Assembly (NCBI RefSeq): GCF_963921235.1
Contig: NC_086100.1
Location: 199,332,001 to 199,396,000, forward strand
Direction of reading: 5' to 3'
Length of the DNA: 64,000 nt
From: Mobula hypostoma
Taxonomy: Eukaryota
The notes under the pieces are model-generated. The model had not been told where the DNA came from and made no database searches. It saw only the letters and a program-made list of their open reading frames with translations. A program made the translations under genes and the position numbers. Below are positions 50,320-63,636 of the stretch, piece after piece. Each line of letters begins with the position of its first letter. Position 1 is the stretch's first letter.

Positions 50320-51760
50320 TGTACCATTTGCGTTCCTGCACTATTTCCCCACGCATCTTTAAACTGGAAAATGAAATCTGTTACGGGCTCACCCTTTTTC
50401 TGTTGACATCCCATGACATCCTCAAAATGACTTTGCTGTTTGGCCCCTGCTAGGATTGTCTCTGGCCTGTTCTAACCATGTCTACATACAGAGGTTGCCT
50501 TCACCTCCATCTGTCTTAGAACACAGAACATAGAAATCTACAGCACATTACAGGCCCTTCAGCCCACAATGTTGTGCTGACCATGTAACTGACTCTAGAG
50601 ACTGCCTACAATTTCCCTAGCGCACAGCCCTCTATTTTTCTAAGCTCCATGTACCAATCGACGTGTCTCTTAAAAGACCCAATTGTAACTGCCTCCACCA
50701 CCGTTGCCTGCAGTGCATTTCATGCACCCACCTCTCTAACCTCTGAGAATCCACAACACCCCCAACCTTTGTATTGTCAGCAAACCTACTAACCTATCCT
50801 TCTACTTCCTAATCTATCCAGGTCATTTATAAAAATCGCCAAGAGGAGGGGTCCCGGAACAGATCCCTGTGGAACACTACTGGTCACCGTCCTCCATGCA
50901 GAATATGACCCATCGACAACCACCCTTTGCCTTTTGTGGGCAAACCAATTCAACCACCCAATCGCCATTTGTTTCCCGGAGTACAGCGAACTGTTGTTCG
51001 AGGGTGGACCAGGCGCTGCCATAGGCGACCCACAGGCGTCGCTGCACATCTGCGGGTAAAGGGTTAAAATTGCACAAGTTTGTACTCACCATTTGTGGAA
51101 CACGATAGGTTAGGGGTGTCACTGATCGTACCCTTAATCTCTGCAGGGGTCCGGGGCTTGAGGTTCAGAATTTCTCCTACCTGCAAATGGGTTGTACTAT
51201 CAAGCAGTTCACTTTCCCCATGGCTATCGCTAGATGCCGCTACCTGTTCCGTAGACTGTACTCTCCTGGTCTGTGACCGTTCTTGCACCCCTATACCCGG
51301 AGGAATGTCCACAGGTTGTGACTGTTCCTGTTCCATGGGAGAATGCTCCCCTGTGCTCGAAGGGGAAACCTGTTCACATGAGGGAAGCTGGTCCCCGGAG
51401 TGGGACCGGGACAACTGTACTGGTTGTCACATCTGCCCGGCTCTGCGTCGTGCCACGGCCATGGCAAACATTGTGAATTCCATAACAGGATCTTCCGGCA
51501 GTCCGACATCTAGAGTTTAAGGATAGAGTTCCGCAGGGGGAGAAAGAGTGGGAGGGCGAGGAGGATCTTCCCTTTTATCTAAACACCATATATTGTATTC
51601 CAAAATTCATTTCAGGTCCCCATCCCTTCCTTTGGTCTCACCTTTCCAGTAATGAATTTTCTTTAATGAAACGAGCCTCCATAGTGCCAGTCTCCATCTG
51701 TATAAATCGCTAGAAAATCAATCACGTACCTGCTACCTCCAGTTTTCAGCCACATCTTGT
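50320..51760 (-). pseudogene. gag: ERV-B gag remnant (interrupted by CR1 at ~50515-50965)
   Basis: QKKGEPVTDFIFQFKDAW (MHR-like); position directly downstream of the PBS/leader. Confidence 0.65.
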
Positions 51761-52351
51761 CCACCGAACTCACCTGGAAGTTGCTTAGTCTTCTTATACT
51801 GCTTTACCCTTTTCTCAGTGTGTTTATTCATCGGAGCCTTTGTTGGTGGATTGGGAGGTCTCTGGGTTGTGGATTTGGTGAAGTTCCAGTGCATTTACTT
51901 TCATTTCTATCCACCTCTTACCTGTTAGTTTCAGGTCAGTCTGTAATCAAATTTAGTTAGTTTCCAATCACAATACAATTCCCTTCCCCTTTTCTGGTCA
52001 GAATTAATCTCAGTCTTCGAAGTCCCTATTGTCCTTGAATTTGACTATTCAGTGAACTCCCTGCTGGTCTCGTACCTTGTCTTCCATCTGCCGCCTTGCC
52101 GCCTGTCCAGGAGTTCAGGGATGGTCACCGGCTGAGCGGGCTCCTCGTTGCACCGGTTTTGCCCTACTGGTCTTGATCCCATTCCCTACCCCCCCCCCAC
52201 CTTCCGGAGACTCACAGCGGATCTCCTTCAAACATTCCTCATGAACGCTTCCCAAGCGTAGCTCACAATGGCTTTCCTTGTTCACGAATCTCGCTTCTCA
52301 AGCTCACAGAATCTCACAGTACAACGGTTCATTGGACCCCGTATGAAAGGG

Positions 52352-52369
52352 GCCCCACGTTGGGTGCCA
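52352..52369 (-). promoter_or_regulatory. ERV-B primer-binding site, tRNA-Lys(CUU)
   Basis: TGGCACCCAACGTGGGGC versus canonical TGGCGCCCAACGTGGGGC (one mismatch). Confidence 0.9.
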
Positions 52370-52372
52370 AAT

Positions 52373-52876
52373 TGTTAGTGAAATTAATTTGCGAAGGAAA
52401 TTCGATTAAAGTTGATCGCAAGTAAAATAGACACGGACTTCGAAGTAAAGAGAGCTTTATTCATGATATCGTGGGGAGTGGAACTTTTAACAGTGGGTTT
52501 CCAACTCCCAATAATACAGAGAGCACATCTCCTTTTATGAATGCACAAATCGATTGCAAATGCAAAAGCTGTTGGATTAACTTGGTGAATTGGAAAAGAT
52601 AAGATAGATTCACATGCAGTTCTCTGATATCCCGAGCAACAGATGAAAATTAAAAATTCCGTCCTGTGTATGAACAAACAGTTTGTTTCATATCCTTGAG
52701 TCTAATTCTTATAAGACAAGCAACTGCAAGTATTTAGTCTTAAGAGTTGTCTATGCTGAAAGCCAAGGCCATATCTAAAACAAACTAAGCTGCAAACTGG
52801 GTTCCACACTCAGAAAGCCAATATTAACCATTTGTCTATCAAAATCTTTAAATCACAATAATATTTTCCCTCCACA
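52373..52876 (-). repeat. ERV-B 5' LTR
   Basis: Homologous to 43271-43753. Confidence 0.88.
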
Positions 52877-52882
52877 ACACTA

Positions 52883-52963
52883 CAGTGCTGTGCAAAAGTC
52901 TTAGTCATATAAATATATACACACACACATAGCTAGGGTGCCTAAGACTTTTGCATAATACTG
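52883..52963. mobile_element. Tc1/mariner-like miniature element (related copy at ~53365-53412)
   Basis: TIRs cagtgctgtgcaaaagtcttag / ctaagacttttgcataatactg; preceded by TA. Confidence 0.6.
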
Positions 52964-54262
52964 AATTTGTCAACGTGGTGTGGAGGGTGAGTTTGTAAAG
53001 GATGTTGGGAATGGCGAGGGTGGAGTGCAGTGGGATGGTGAGGGACAGGTGGCAAAGGAGGAGTGCCAGGGGTGGGCGATGTGCGGCTGCAGACACACCC
53101 AGTCCTGAGGCACCAGGCAAGGTCATTTAATTCCAAACAATTGGTTTGTTGATCATTACAGAATGTCTGTCTGGTGCTTTCCACTCCCTTCCCTCTCCTT
53201 TCCTCTTTTCCCAACCATGATTCCCCTCTCCCTGTCCCCTTCCCATTCCCAGTCCACAATAGAGACCAATATCAGAATCTGGTTTATCATCACTCACATA
53301 TGTCATGATTTTTTTTGTGGCAGTGGTACAGTGCAATACATAAAGTTTCTCCGGTATTGTTAAATGGTTTAGGCACCCTAGTGATATATATGTGCCTAAG
53401 ACTTTTGCACAGTCTCTATGTGTCTGTGATGCTGCTGCAAGTAAGTTTTTCATGGTACCTGTGCACACATGGACTTGTGCAGATGACGATAATCTCACCA
53501 CCATCAACACTGTTGACCGTTGGTACAACCATCCGCATGTTCCCCTCAGAGTTGCAAACCATCCGGAATTGGAAGCACAGGCCAATTATTCATCATCACT
53601 GCTTCAAATTCCTGGCACATCCCAACAGTGCCATGTAAACTCTTTACTGGCTGACTCTTCACTCTATGCCCCCTAGCGGTAAGGGCAATGAAGTCCCACA
53701 CCACCAGATTCAGGAATGGTTACTTCCTTTCAACCATTCAGATCTTGAACCAACCGGCACAACGCTAATCACTACTTCAATACAACCACATGACAAGTTC
53801 TGACTAATAGTTAATATAACCAATTCTATATGCCGGATGCCTTCTTTACTACTTGCTTTGCCACTTGCAGGGAAGCATGGACTTAGAGCTCAAGATCTCT
53901 CTGTACATCGATGTGTTAATGGTCCTGCCCCATGGACTATACTTTCCCCTTACATTTGACCTCCCAAAGTGCACAAACTCACACGTGTCCACATTAAACT
54001 TCAGCTGCCATCTCTCAGCCCCTAACTGTAACTGATCTGTATACTGTTGTATCCTCTGATGTTCAGACACTCCAGCGCCTACCATCACTATAATCAATCT
54101 GTATACAGTATATAAGCTAATTTATGTATTTATATTTATTGTGATATTTAACAATGATTATTCTGTTCTTCATTTATCGTGTTTTTTTTTGGTGCTGCAT
54201 CAGATCTGGAGTAACAATTATTTTGTTCTCCTTTACACTTGTGCACTGGAAATGACATTAAG

Positions 54263-54344
54263 CTAGGAGTTCCCAATCTGGTGTCCACAGACCCCTTCCC
54301 TTAATGGTGTTGGTCCAGATAATTAAAAAAGGTCGGGAACCCCT
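54263..54344. mobile_element. Miniature hAT-type element
   Basis: TIR-like ends taggagttcccaatct / aggtcgggaacccctg; flanks cattaagc / cattaaat. Confidence 0.55.
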
Positions 54345-54732
54345 GCATTAAATAATCCTGAATCTTGAAATAACTGTAACTGATCTATATCTTGTTGATT
54401 CCTTTGACGACCTTCTTCTCTGTCTACAACTCCACCAATTTGTGTGTCATCTGCAAACGTATTGAACAACCCATTGATATTTGTGTCCAAGTCATTCATA
54501 TACATTGAAAACAACAGAGATCCCAGCACTGATCCCTGTGGAACACCCCTGGTCATAGACCACCAGCCAAAATAACACCCTTCCACCACTGCCCTCTGTC
54601 TATCATGTGGTTCTTTACACGGTGAAGTGTTTTGAAAAGATATCCCCATAAGAGATTCCACAACAAGCTTGGCCACATGAGTGGAAGGGAGGAGACACTT
54701 CTTCATCCTTCTCCTACTCAGTCCTCTGGACT

Positions 54733-55792
54733 TTACCAATGCCTGGACCCAGTCTCTCTCAAGAACCTTTTTAGAAATTGACAGATGTCGCCGTAGAGTT
54801 TTAATGCATCCTCCATCTTCTGAGCTTCATCTCGTATCTTTTTAGCTACTTCAGATTTACTTCCCTTGCTGAGCTCAATGGAGTCCTTTGCAATGGAGTA
54901 GATATCCCACGCTATAAAGAGTGCTCCCACAACTCCTGAAACAGCTCTTGTCGTTTTGGACAATGCCAGGGGAGTGCCATAAAGTAGATGTTTCACATTT
55001 CCCGTTTCCATTGCGTACTTTGCTTTCTGAGCAGTGTGACTCAGTGCTGTCAGTTTCTCAGCTAGTTCTTTGAGACCAGGTGTTTTGCTCAGTACTTGTT
55101 TGGCCATTATTGATGTTGTCACATTCAGTGTTTTCATGCTGATGGAACCAGATTGCAATCCAGCTTTAACTTGCAATAGATATTTTTTCTTGTATTTATT
55201 GAAAACATTCCTTGCCTTGCTCACCCCTGGTAAATGCAATCTGCCTTTAACTGTGGCCAAGTGTTTTCCCCTGCATTTATTGGAGACTTCCTTTGCTGGA
55301 AAATCCCTTGTTGTGTCTTCATTATCATCACATTCGGTAATTTCTTCCTCAACGAGATGACTCAAGAACCGGAGATCACTGCAGATGTCTGTCAAGTGTT
55401 CTGACATTTCCTTCTGATCACTTTTATATTGTCTTATGATCTCATCTACCTTTTTTTGTTTCATCGACCGCTTAACATATTCAGTGATGCCAGCTGTCAA
55501 GTTAGTGGCAGCACCAGCTCCACCTATACTCGCTCCCACAGCAGTGAGTACCAAGGAGACGCCTGCCGTGAAAGGAGCAGCAATGATTCCTGCCAGGGTG
55601 AGGACACCACCCACAGCCCCCGCAGATGACCCAGTAACATTTGCAATTGTTGCACCTTTATGATACCGGTCAATACCATTTGCAATCTCTTGTAGTTCAC
55701 GTATATGACTGCTCATTCGACGTTCCCATTTAGGAAACTCATTTACAAAGTCTTGTATGGTCTTTGTTCTCTTTTTTCGTTCATCTTGGTCC
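54733..55792 (-). CDS. APOL: Apolipoprotein L family protein, large terminal coding exon
   Basis: Intact ~350-codon frame; ApoL hallmark GATIANVTGSSAGAVGGVLTLAGIIAAPFTAGVSLVLTAVG..G.ATNL and C-terminal ALFIAWDIYSIAKDSIELSKGSKSEVAKKIR; acceptor ttattcttaacAG at 55793-55794. Confidence 0.9.
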
Positions 55793-56541
55793 CTGTTAAG
55801 AATAACAAATAATAATCCCCTCTCATTTTGCAATATACACATTCTTAAAATTGCATTGACAGAAACTGAATCACAACAAAGTGTAAGAATTCAAAAAGAG
55901 GATGGACCGGTTATGCAGAAGTGAAATGATGGAGTTCAGAATCAATGTGTTCCCGCCAGGGTGATAATGCTGATGAGATGAATACTGTAAGGAGCAAATA
56001 GTGAGATGGACTTTGTGACTATGTTTGGTGCTGTTGCAAGTTGGTGAGCCCATATTGTTTGTTTGGCAATTGTTGCATTCGTAGATTGTCTGTGACTGAG
56101 AGATCTACCAATATCACAGGTCTGAAGTCGGGATAAATAGCAGGGAACCTTACTGAGCTCCCATTGGGAGTTTGTGGAAAAGATGCAGTTGGTGTTCCAG
56201 AGGCAGAGAATACATCAGTACAGGCTCCCTCAATCATTCCATCTCTTCTGAATTCTTACCATTGAGAAATCTGACCCTGTCTTTGGCAATTAATCCAACA
56301 ATTTATTGATCATCCTGGTGTTTCCTTTCAATTAATCCCAATCGTGTCTTCATGAATTATAACAGCTCTATGAATATTGATAGTCATGTTGTTTTATTGA
56401 TTACCCTTGTTATTCATTTATTGATCACCTCATGATGATAATCAGGTATAGACAATGATTGGTAATTGACCAATAAGACTGATTTGGGACGTCAGTTGTG
56501 AAGATTTTCACTGTCCTCTAACAAGGTGCAATCTTTGTTAC

Positions 56542-56605
56542 CTGGATCCCGACACATTTCCATTGTGCAAACCCGTCTCCATTGGATTCTCCTGAGATAA
56601 TGGAT
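56542..56605 (-). CDS. APOL: Probable upstream APOL exon (..PLSQENPMETGLHNGNVSGS, phase 1 to phase 2)
   Basis: ttttctctattccAG acceptor and CAG|GTAAC donor; splices in frame into the main exon; contains ccaATGG. Confidence 0.65.
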
Positions 56606-56802
56606 CTGGAATAGAGAAAAGTTAACAAATATTAATGTCTGTTGATATTGCAGTGATGTACCTCACAACGAAATGTCCACATTATATTTCAGTTTTGTAG
56701 AATTATTTCAAATTTCAAGTTACATAAAGACAAAGTGGATGCCAGAAAACTGAAATGTGTTGGAAATTTGTAGCTGGCCAGGAAGCATCTGTTTCTACGT
56801 AC

Positions 56803-56838
56803 CTGGTGGATATTTCCCACATTTTTTATCTTTGTCAT
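56803..56838 (-). CDS. APOL: Possible further 36-nt APOL exon (DDKDKKCGKYPP)
   Basis: ttAG acceptor and CAG|GTACG donor; phase 1-1, compatible with exon 56542-56605. Confidence 0.4.
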
Positions 56839-57234
56839 CTAAATGTGAATGTCTGAGATGTTGACCAAAAGATCATAAATTCAAATTGGCCCATAAGCTC
56901 ATTTGTTCAGCTGTTTTGTTGATGTTGCAAAGTAAGTTTGCTGTGCCCACCCCCCTCATCCACTGTAAATATGATTCTCTGAACACAGCACCATTTGCCA
57001 TGTCTGGTACTTGGTGGTGGGGTGGCGATATGTCTTATTGGATCTCAGTTATTTTCGATCCTTGGGTCTTTCAGGAATGAGAGAGAAGCTTTGATTCTTC
57101 ACGATCACTTATTTTAAAGTTTAAACAAAGATGCAGAACATTTGAAACTAAATGAGGAGCTGAGAAACAAAGGAGAGATTAAAGAGACTCTATAGATTCA
57201 ATAAAAAGATGGCGCCTTTGAAAAATCTATCAAC

Positions 57235-58550
57235 TTGATACTTACTTCTGTGGTGGGCATGTTGTTGGAGAAGATCCTGAGAGGCAGGGTTTATGAGTAT
57301 TTGGAGAGACATAGTCAGCATGGCTTTGTCAAGGGCAGGTCATGCCTTGTGAGCCTGATAGAATTCTTTGAGGATGTAACAAAACACATTGATGAAAGTA
57401 GAGCAGTGGGTGAGGTGTATATGGATTTCAGCAAGGCATTTGATAAGGTTCCCCATGCAAAGCTCCTTCAGAAAGTAAGGAGGCATGGGATCCAAGCGGA
57501 CATTGCTTTGTGGATCCAGAATTGGCTTGCCCACAGCAGACAGAGTGTGGTAGTTGATGGTTTGTATTCTGCATGGAGGGTGGTAACCAGTGGTGTTCCA
57601 TACTGATCTGTTCTGGGACCCCTCCTCTTTATGATTTTCATAAATTACCTGGATGAGGAAGTAGAAGAGTGGGGTAGTGATGACACAAAAGTTGGGGCTG
57701 TCATGGATAGTCTGGAGGCTGTCAGAAGTTACAGCGTGAAATCGATAGGATGCAGAACTGGGCTGAGAAGTGGCAGATGGAGTTCAACCCAGATAAGTGT
57801 GAAGTGGTTCATTTTGGTAGGTCAAATATGATGGCAGAATATACGGTCAGACTCTTGGCAGTGTGGAGGATCAGAGAGATCTTGGGGTCTGAGTCCATAG
57901 GATGCTCAAAGCAGCTGCGCAGGTTGACTGTGGTTATGGTGTACTGGCCTTCATCAATCGTGGGATTGAGTTTAGGAGCTGAGTGGTAATGTTGCAGCTA
58001 TATAGGACCCTGGTCAGACCCCACTTGGAGTACTGTGCTCAGTTCTGGTTGCCTCACTATAGGAAGGATGTGGAAACCATAGAAAGGGTGCAGATGAGAT
58101 TTATAAGGATGTTGCCTGGATTGGGGAGCATGCCTTATGAGAATAGGTTGCGTGAACTCAGCCTTTTCTCCTTGGAGCGACGGAGGATGAGAGGTGACCT
58201 GACAGGCGTATAAGATGATGAGAGGCATTGATTGCATGGATAGTCAGAGGCTTTTTCCCAGGGCTGAAATGGCTGCCGCAAGAGGGCACAGGTTTAAGGT
58301 GCTTGGGAGTAGGTATAGAGGAGATGTCAGGGGTAAATTTTTTTACGCAGAGAGTGGTGAGCGCGTGGAATGGGCTGCCGGCAACGGTGGTGGAGGCCGG
58401 TACAATAGGGTCTTTAAAGAAACTTTTGGATAGGTACATGGAAAAATAGCGGGCTATGGGTAACCCTAGTAATTTCTAAGTTATGGATATGTTCGGCACA
58501 ACTTTGTGGGCGGAAAGGCCTGTACTGTGCTGTAGGTTTTCTATGTTTCT
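57235..58550 (+). mobile_element. CR1 LINE 3' part
   Basis: YMDFSKAFDKVPH, LVRPHLEYC, FTQRVVSAWN, (ATGTTTCT) tail. Confidence 0.88.
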
Positions 58551-60900
58551 AAATCAAGCTCACATTCACCACCTGCTGGCCGATTGTTCCATGCTGTCAT
58601 GGCCCTCTGAGAGAAGTTTCCCCTCATGTTCCCCTTTATCTTTTCATGTGACCCATGACCTCTGATTCTTGTCCCACCCAGCCTCAGTGGAAAGAACCTG
58701 CTTGCATTTACCCTATCAATACACAATTTTGTATACCACTATCAAATCTCCTATCAATCTTCAACATTCCGAGGAATAAAGTCTTAACCTATTCAGTCTT
58801 TCCTTATAACTCAGGACCTCCAGACCTGGCAACATGTTTGTAAATTTGTCTGTAATCTTTCAATATTATTTACATATTTCTTGTAGGTAGGTGACCAAGA
58901 CTGCACACAATACTCCATATTAGGCCTCATAAATGTGTTATACAACTTCAACATAACACCCCATCTCCTGTACTCTATACATTGATTATGAAGGCCAATG
59001 TGTCAAAAGCTTTCTTTACGACCCTATCGACCTGTGACACCACTTCCAATGAATTATGGACCTGTATTCCCTGATCCCTTTGTTCTACCACACTCCTCAG
59101 TGTCCTACCGCTCAGAGTGCAAGATCTACCCTGGTTGGTCTAACTGAAGTTCAGCATCTCACACTTGTCTACATTAAATTCCATCTGCCATTTTTCTGCA
59201 CATTTTTCCAGCTCGTCTGGATCCTGTTGCAAACCATGATAGCCCTCCTTGCTGTCCACTACAGCCTAATCTTGGTGTATCTGTTAACCAAGTTATCATC
59301 CAGATCACTGATATAGATGACAAACAATGGACCCAGCACTGATCCCTGTGGCAGTCCACTAGTCACAGGCCTCCACTCAGAGAGACAACCATCTACTACC
59401 ACTCTCTGGCTTCTCCCACAAATTCTCCCACTTATTCTACATTACTACCTCATCGTGAATGCCAATTGACTGAACCTTTTTGACCAACCTCCCATGTGGG
59501 ATCTTCTCAAATGCCTTGCTAAAGTCCATGACCTTGCCTTCATCACCTTTCCTGGTAACTTCTTTGAAAAACTCTGAATGGTTGGTTAGACATGACCAAC
59601 CAGGCACAAAGCCACGCTCACTATCCTTAATCAGCCCATGTCTATCCAAATACTTGTATATTGGGTCCCCCAGAACACCTTCCAATAACTTTCCCACAGG
59701 CTCACCCACGTCCAATTTCTGGTTTATTTTTAGAGCAGAATGGCTAACCTCCAATCCTCTGGTTTCTCACCTGTTTCTCAGGGTGATCTAGATATCTCTG
59801 CTATGGCCCAGCAGTTTCTGCATGATCACTAGATGTAAAGTGTTAGCCTACACAGACTTCTGTCACCTGCCCTGTCTCATTCCCTAAAAGCAGATCAAGT
59901 ATCGCACACTCTCTCCTTGGTCTTCAATGTACTGAGTAAGGAAACTTTCCTGATCACAGTTGACAAACTCTGTCCCATCTAGTCCTGTTACAGGTTGGGA
60001 TTCCCAGTCAATATGCAGAAAGTTAAAAATCACCTGCTATTACAGCCTTATTTTTCCTGCAACAGTCTGAGATCTCCCTGCAGATTTGTTCCTCTAAATC
60101 CCTTGGTCTGTTGGGTGGTCTGTAATATACTGTGGTCATACCTTTCTTATTTCTCAGTTCCACCCACATTGCCTCACTAGACAAGTTCTGCAGTCTGTCC
60201 TGACAGAGCAATGTGGGACATTTTCCCTGACTAGTAATGCCACCCCTCCTCCGTTAATCCCTCCCATTCTATCGTGTCTTAAACAACTGAACCCCAGAAT
60301 ATTGAGCTGCCAGTCCTGCCCCTCCGACAACCAATCTCACCAATGGCTACAATATCATAATTCCAGGGGTTGATCCATGCCTTGAGATCATCTGCCTTTC
60401 CTACGATACTTCTTACATTGAAATATACGCAGCTCAGGACATTAGTCTCACCATGCCCAACCTTTTTCGTTCCTGACTTTGTCTGAAGTCTTAACAACAT
60501 CTGTCTCGACAACCACTCCACTACCTGTTCTGGCACTCTGGTTCCCACCCCCCTGCAACTATAGTTAAACCCCATCGTGCAGCAGTAGCAAACCTTCGTG
60601 TGAGGATAACCAGTTCAGGTGCAGACCATCTCTCCTGAACAGATGCCACCTTCCCTGGAAGACAGCCCAATGATCCCAAAATCTGATGCCTTCCCTCTTA
60701 TACCAACTCCTCAGCCATGTGTTAAACTCTGTGACCTTCCTATTTCTGGCCTCACCAGCACGTGGCATGGGGAGAAATTCTGAGATCACAACTCTGGAGG
60801 TCTTGCCCATTACCTTAGCACCGAACTCCCTGAATTCACTCTGCAGAAACTCGTCACACTTTCTACCTACATTATTGGTTTCTTCTGGACCTCGACCTCT
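58551..60900 (-). mobile_element. Degenerate CR1 LINE (ORF1 SGNH end, EN and RT fragments)
   Basis: FRRDGLHLN (ORF1); CVYFNVRSI; YRPP..GDF; DFSKAFEKIPH. Confidence 0.82.
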
Positions 60901-61179
60901 GGCTGTTCACCCTCCCTCTTGTGGCTTTTAAGTGAGTGTTGAAAGTCTGCATGTTCCTGTGAGATTGAAAGGCAGGTTATCAAGAGGAACAAGGAGTCGA
61001 GGATCAAGTGTATCCCTGGTGGAGTACGGGGATGCAGGGGTATATCCAAGGAGGAAGTCAGGAGGGAATAAAGAGGACATGACATAGCTTTAACAGGGAA
61101 TATGAAGGAGAATCCAAGGACACATTCTATTGTTCTCAGTATATTAAGGGATGAAGAGTAACTGGAGGGAGATTACTTT

Positions 61180-62120
61180 CTGTCCATTACACCACCTAGT
61201 GTTTAGGGCAGCCACGAAGATCCTCCATCTCCGTCTGTCCGGTGTTCAGGCCTTCCTTCATCGTGTCAGGAGCTTCCTCTCGGTTTTACTCTGTCAGCCT
61301 TGCTCGTCCCGGGTGGAGACTCAGGAATACCATCACACTCAGATGTAGAAGGATTCTTCATTGCTGTTTCCGTAACAGATTTGTTTGACCAGTCAGGGTT
61401 GTTAGCCCTGAGCTGAACCCCGAACTCGGAGGACTGGGGGCCACTCATCATCTATCCTCCCTTTGACCTGGTTTGCATGGGTGACCCTACCAAGAGCCAA
61501 AGCAGAAAGCCCTGACTCCAGACAACATGGATCTCCAGGTCACTGAGGCATGCAAGCCTCTAAACCACGACAAGGCTGTGGTCCTCTTGGAGGAGAGGGA
61601 GATTAGGGCCTCTCAGAGACATTTATACATGGAGCCACACGAGAGGGATGAGGTGCTCATTTAGTATATCTCCTGATTTTACTGTGAAGGAAGTCATGAT
61701 GACTTGTGAACATAAATGAGGATGTCTGGCAGATTCTTCTTCTTGCGCCCTTAACTCCTGGTGGAGTCGTCGGGGCACCGTCATGACAAGCTTTGCACCT
61801 GATTGGTGTGCTCACCATGTGGCGTGACTTGGGCATCTGAAACCTGGCAGAGCCCATCCCTCTCCAGGTTTGACCACAGCCGATTTCCTCCAACTAGGTG
61901 ACTCGCCTTGGTCATGAACACGTGGCTGTTATAGTTAATCTGAGAACCTTTCCGTCCCGGCCGCTGACTTCATCATGGAAGTCTTTCGCCCAGTGGTGCC
62001 ATGTTAACACCACCCCTTCACGTGGTTTAGCCCGCCAGCTGAAGCGGTTTACTGGGGTATGGTGCTTGGAGCCAACACGGGAGAGATTTAGGAGATGGAT
62101 GAGGACCAGTGATGTCTGTC
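61180..62120 (-). mobile_element. Two RTE-type non-autonomous elements (~61180-61590 and ~61720-62120) within CR1 debris
   Basis: RTE-like 3' ends on the minus strand ('ggacagacggagatggaggatcttcgtggctgccct') and UTR-like bodies. Confidence 0.5.
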
Positions 62121-62899
62121 CACCCTGTCTAGTAGGGAGCAGCATGCCAGACATCAAAGGAACTACCTTTATCCAGAGACCCCTATACCACCAGGGGAGG
62201 TATGAGATATTATTAAAACATACGGAGGTAGAGATATCGCTGAGGCCTGACCATATACATAGATGAGGGTTTTGAAGAATTAACAAAGAGGGTTGAAAAA
62301 AGCAGGGTGGTAGACATTGTCTCCATGGACTTCAGCAAGACTTGATGAAACTCCTCATTGTACATAAAACATAAAACAGTACAGTACATTACAGGCCCCT
62401 CAGGCCACAAGGTTGTGCCAATCTTTTAACCTACTCAATATCAATCTAAACCTTACCAAATATCTCTCCATTTTTCTTTTATCCATCTGCCTATCTCAGA
62501 GACTCTTAAATGCCCCTAAACTATCTGCCTCCAGCACCAGGCCTGCCAGCACGTTCCACAAACCTACCACTCTCTATTCAAAAAAACAACCTTTAACATC
62601 CACTTTATACATTTCTCCAGTCACCTCTAAATTATACCTTCTCCCTGGGAAATCTGATCTGGCTATCCACTCTATCTGTGCCTCTTATCATCTTGCACAC
62701 CAGTATCATTGCATCTCATCCCCTTGATTCCAAAAAGAAAATCCCTAGTTCTCTCAACCTATCTTCATAAAACGTGCTCTCTAATCCAGGCAGCATCCTG
62801 GTAAATCTCCTCTGCAACCTCTCTAAGGCTTTCACATCCCTCCTATAATGAGGAGACCACATGGATTAGTTGGAGCAATGTTCTGGACTGATGGGTAGG

Positions 62900-63500
62900 T
62901 CAGTTGAAGGGTTGACCTGAGGACACTCTTCACTTGGGCACCAAGCACCTCCTTCTTTTTGGTGTTGACCTCAGCACCTCTGGAGAAGCCTGGTTAGCAA
63001 ACCGACCGGCTGAAGGCAAAACTCATTACTTGCACAGGGTGATGACAGATCTGCTCAGAGTGCTTTCACACAGGGGCCAGTCACTGGTCATACACCAACT
63101 GTGGACTTCCATGCTGTGGGACCAGTTGGTCGCGTTGATCATGCACCATGCTTTTGCTGCTAAGACCTATAAGAAACTGGTGGATTTCTCCTGGGACAAG
63201 AGGAAACACAAAATCTCTGACTTGGTCCTGAATCACGCGATTGTGCAGGATGTTTGAATACTGTGTGCCTCTGATCCAGGTGATGTTTCTCCACCTTCAG
63301 AGGAACCTGAACGTTGAGAATTCCTCCAAACGGCAAGGGTTGTGTCTGATCCAACTCTCTAACAATGAGATGTCCATGTCTGAGTGTCCCTGAAGAGGAA
63401 GCACACTGTCCACTGGCTCCTGGAGGCCCTCAGGAACTGGGATGCAACACAGGATCTGGAGTACATCCTGGACCCAGATGACTGAATCGTTCTGGTTTAA
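62900..63500 (+). mobile_element. Tx1/L1-like ORF2 fragment
   Basis: VLSHRGQSLVIHQL..SMLW..KKLVDFSWDKRKH resembles the Tx1 post-RT region. Confidence 0.55.
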
Positions 63501-63636
63501 TAAATAACAAGAGCGGTTTATCTACTGACACACTCAGAGATGGGCTAGCAGCAGCTGTACCTGTCCACCCTGGACTTCTGTTTGTGCCACACTTCAGAAA
63601 GCCTCACAGCCGAATGTGAACACTGCACAGAGTTTC

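Larger units (their letters stand above)
43271..52876 (-). mobile_element. Endogenous retrovirus ERV-B (class I-like), old and heavily degraded
   Basis: LTRs 43271-43753 and 52373-52876; flanks acgct/acact (5-bp TSD, one mismatch); PPT AAAAAGGAGGGGAT; remnants of gag, RT (QYADDLLL), RNase H, IN and env (DFILAEKGGT). Confidence 0.9.

Noticed and set aside
55793..55842. ORF-track N-terminus of APOL (MCILQNERGLLFVILN)
   Set aside because: Overlaps a pyrimidine-rich acceptor; more likely intron read-through
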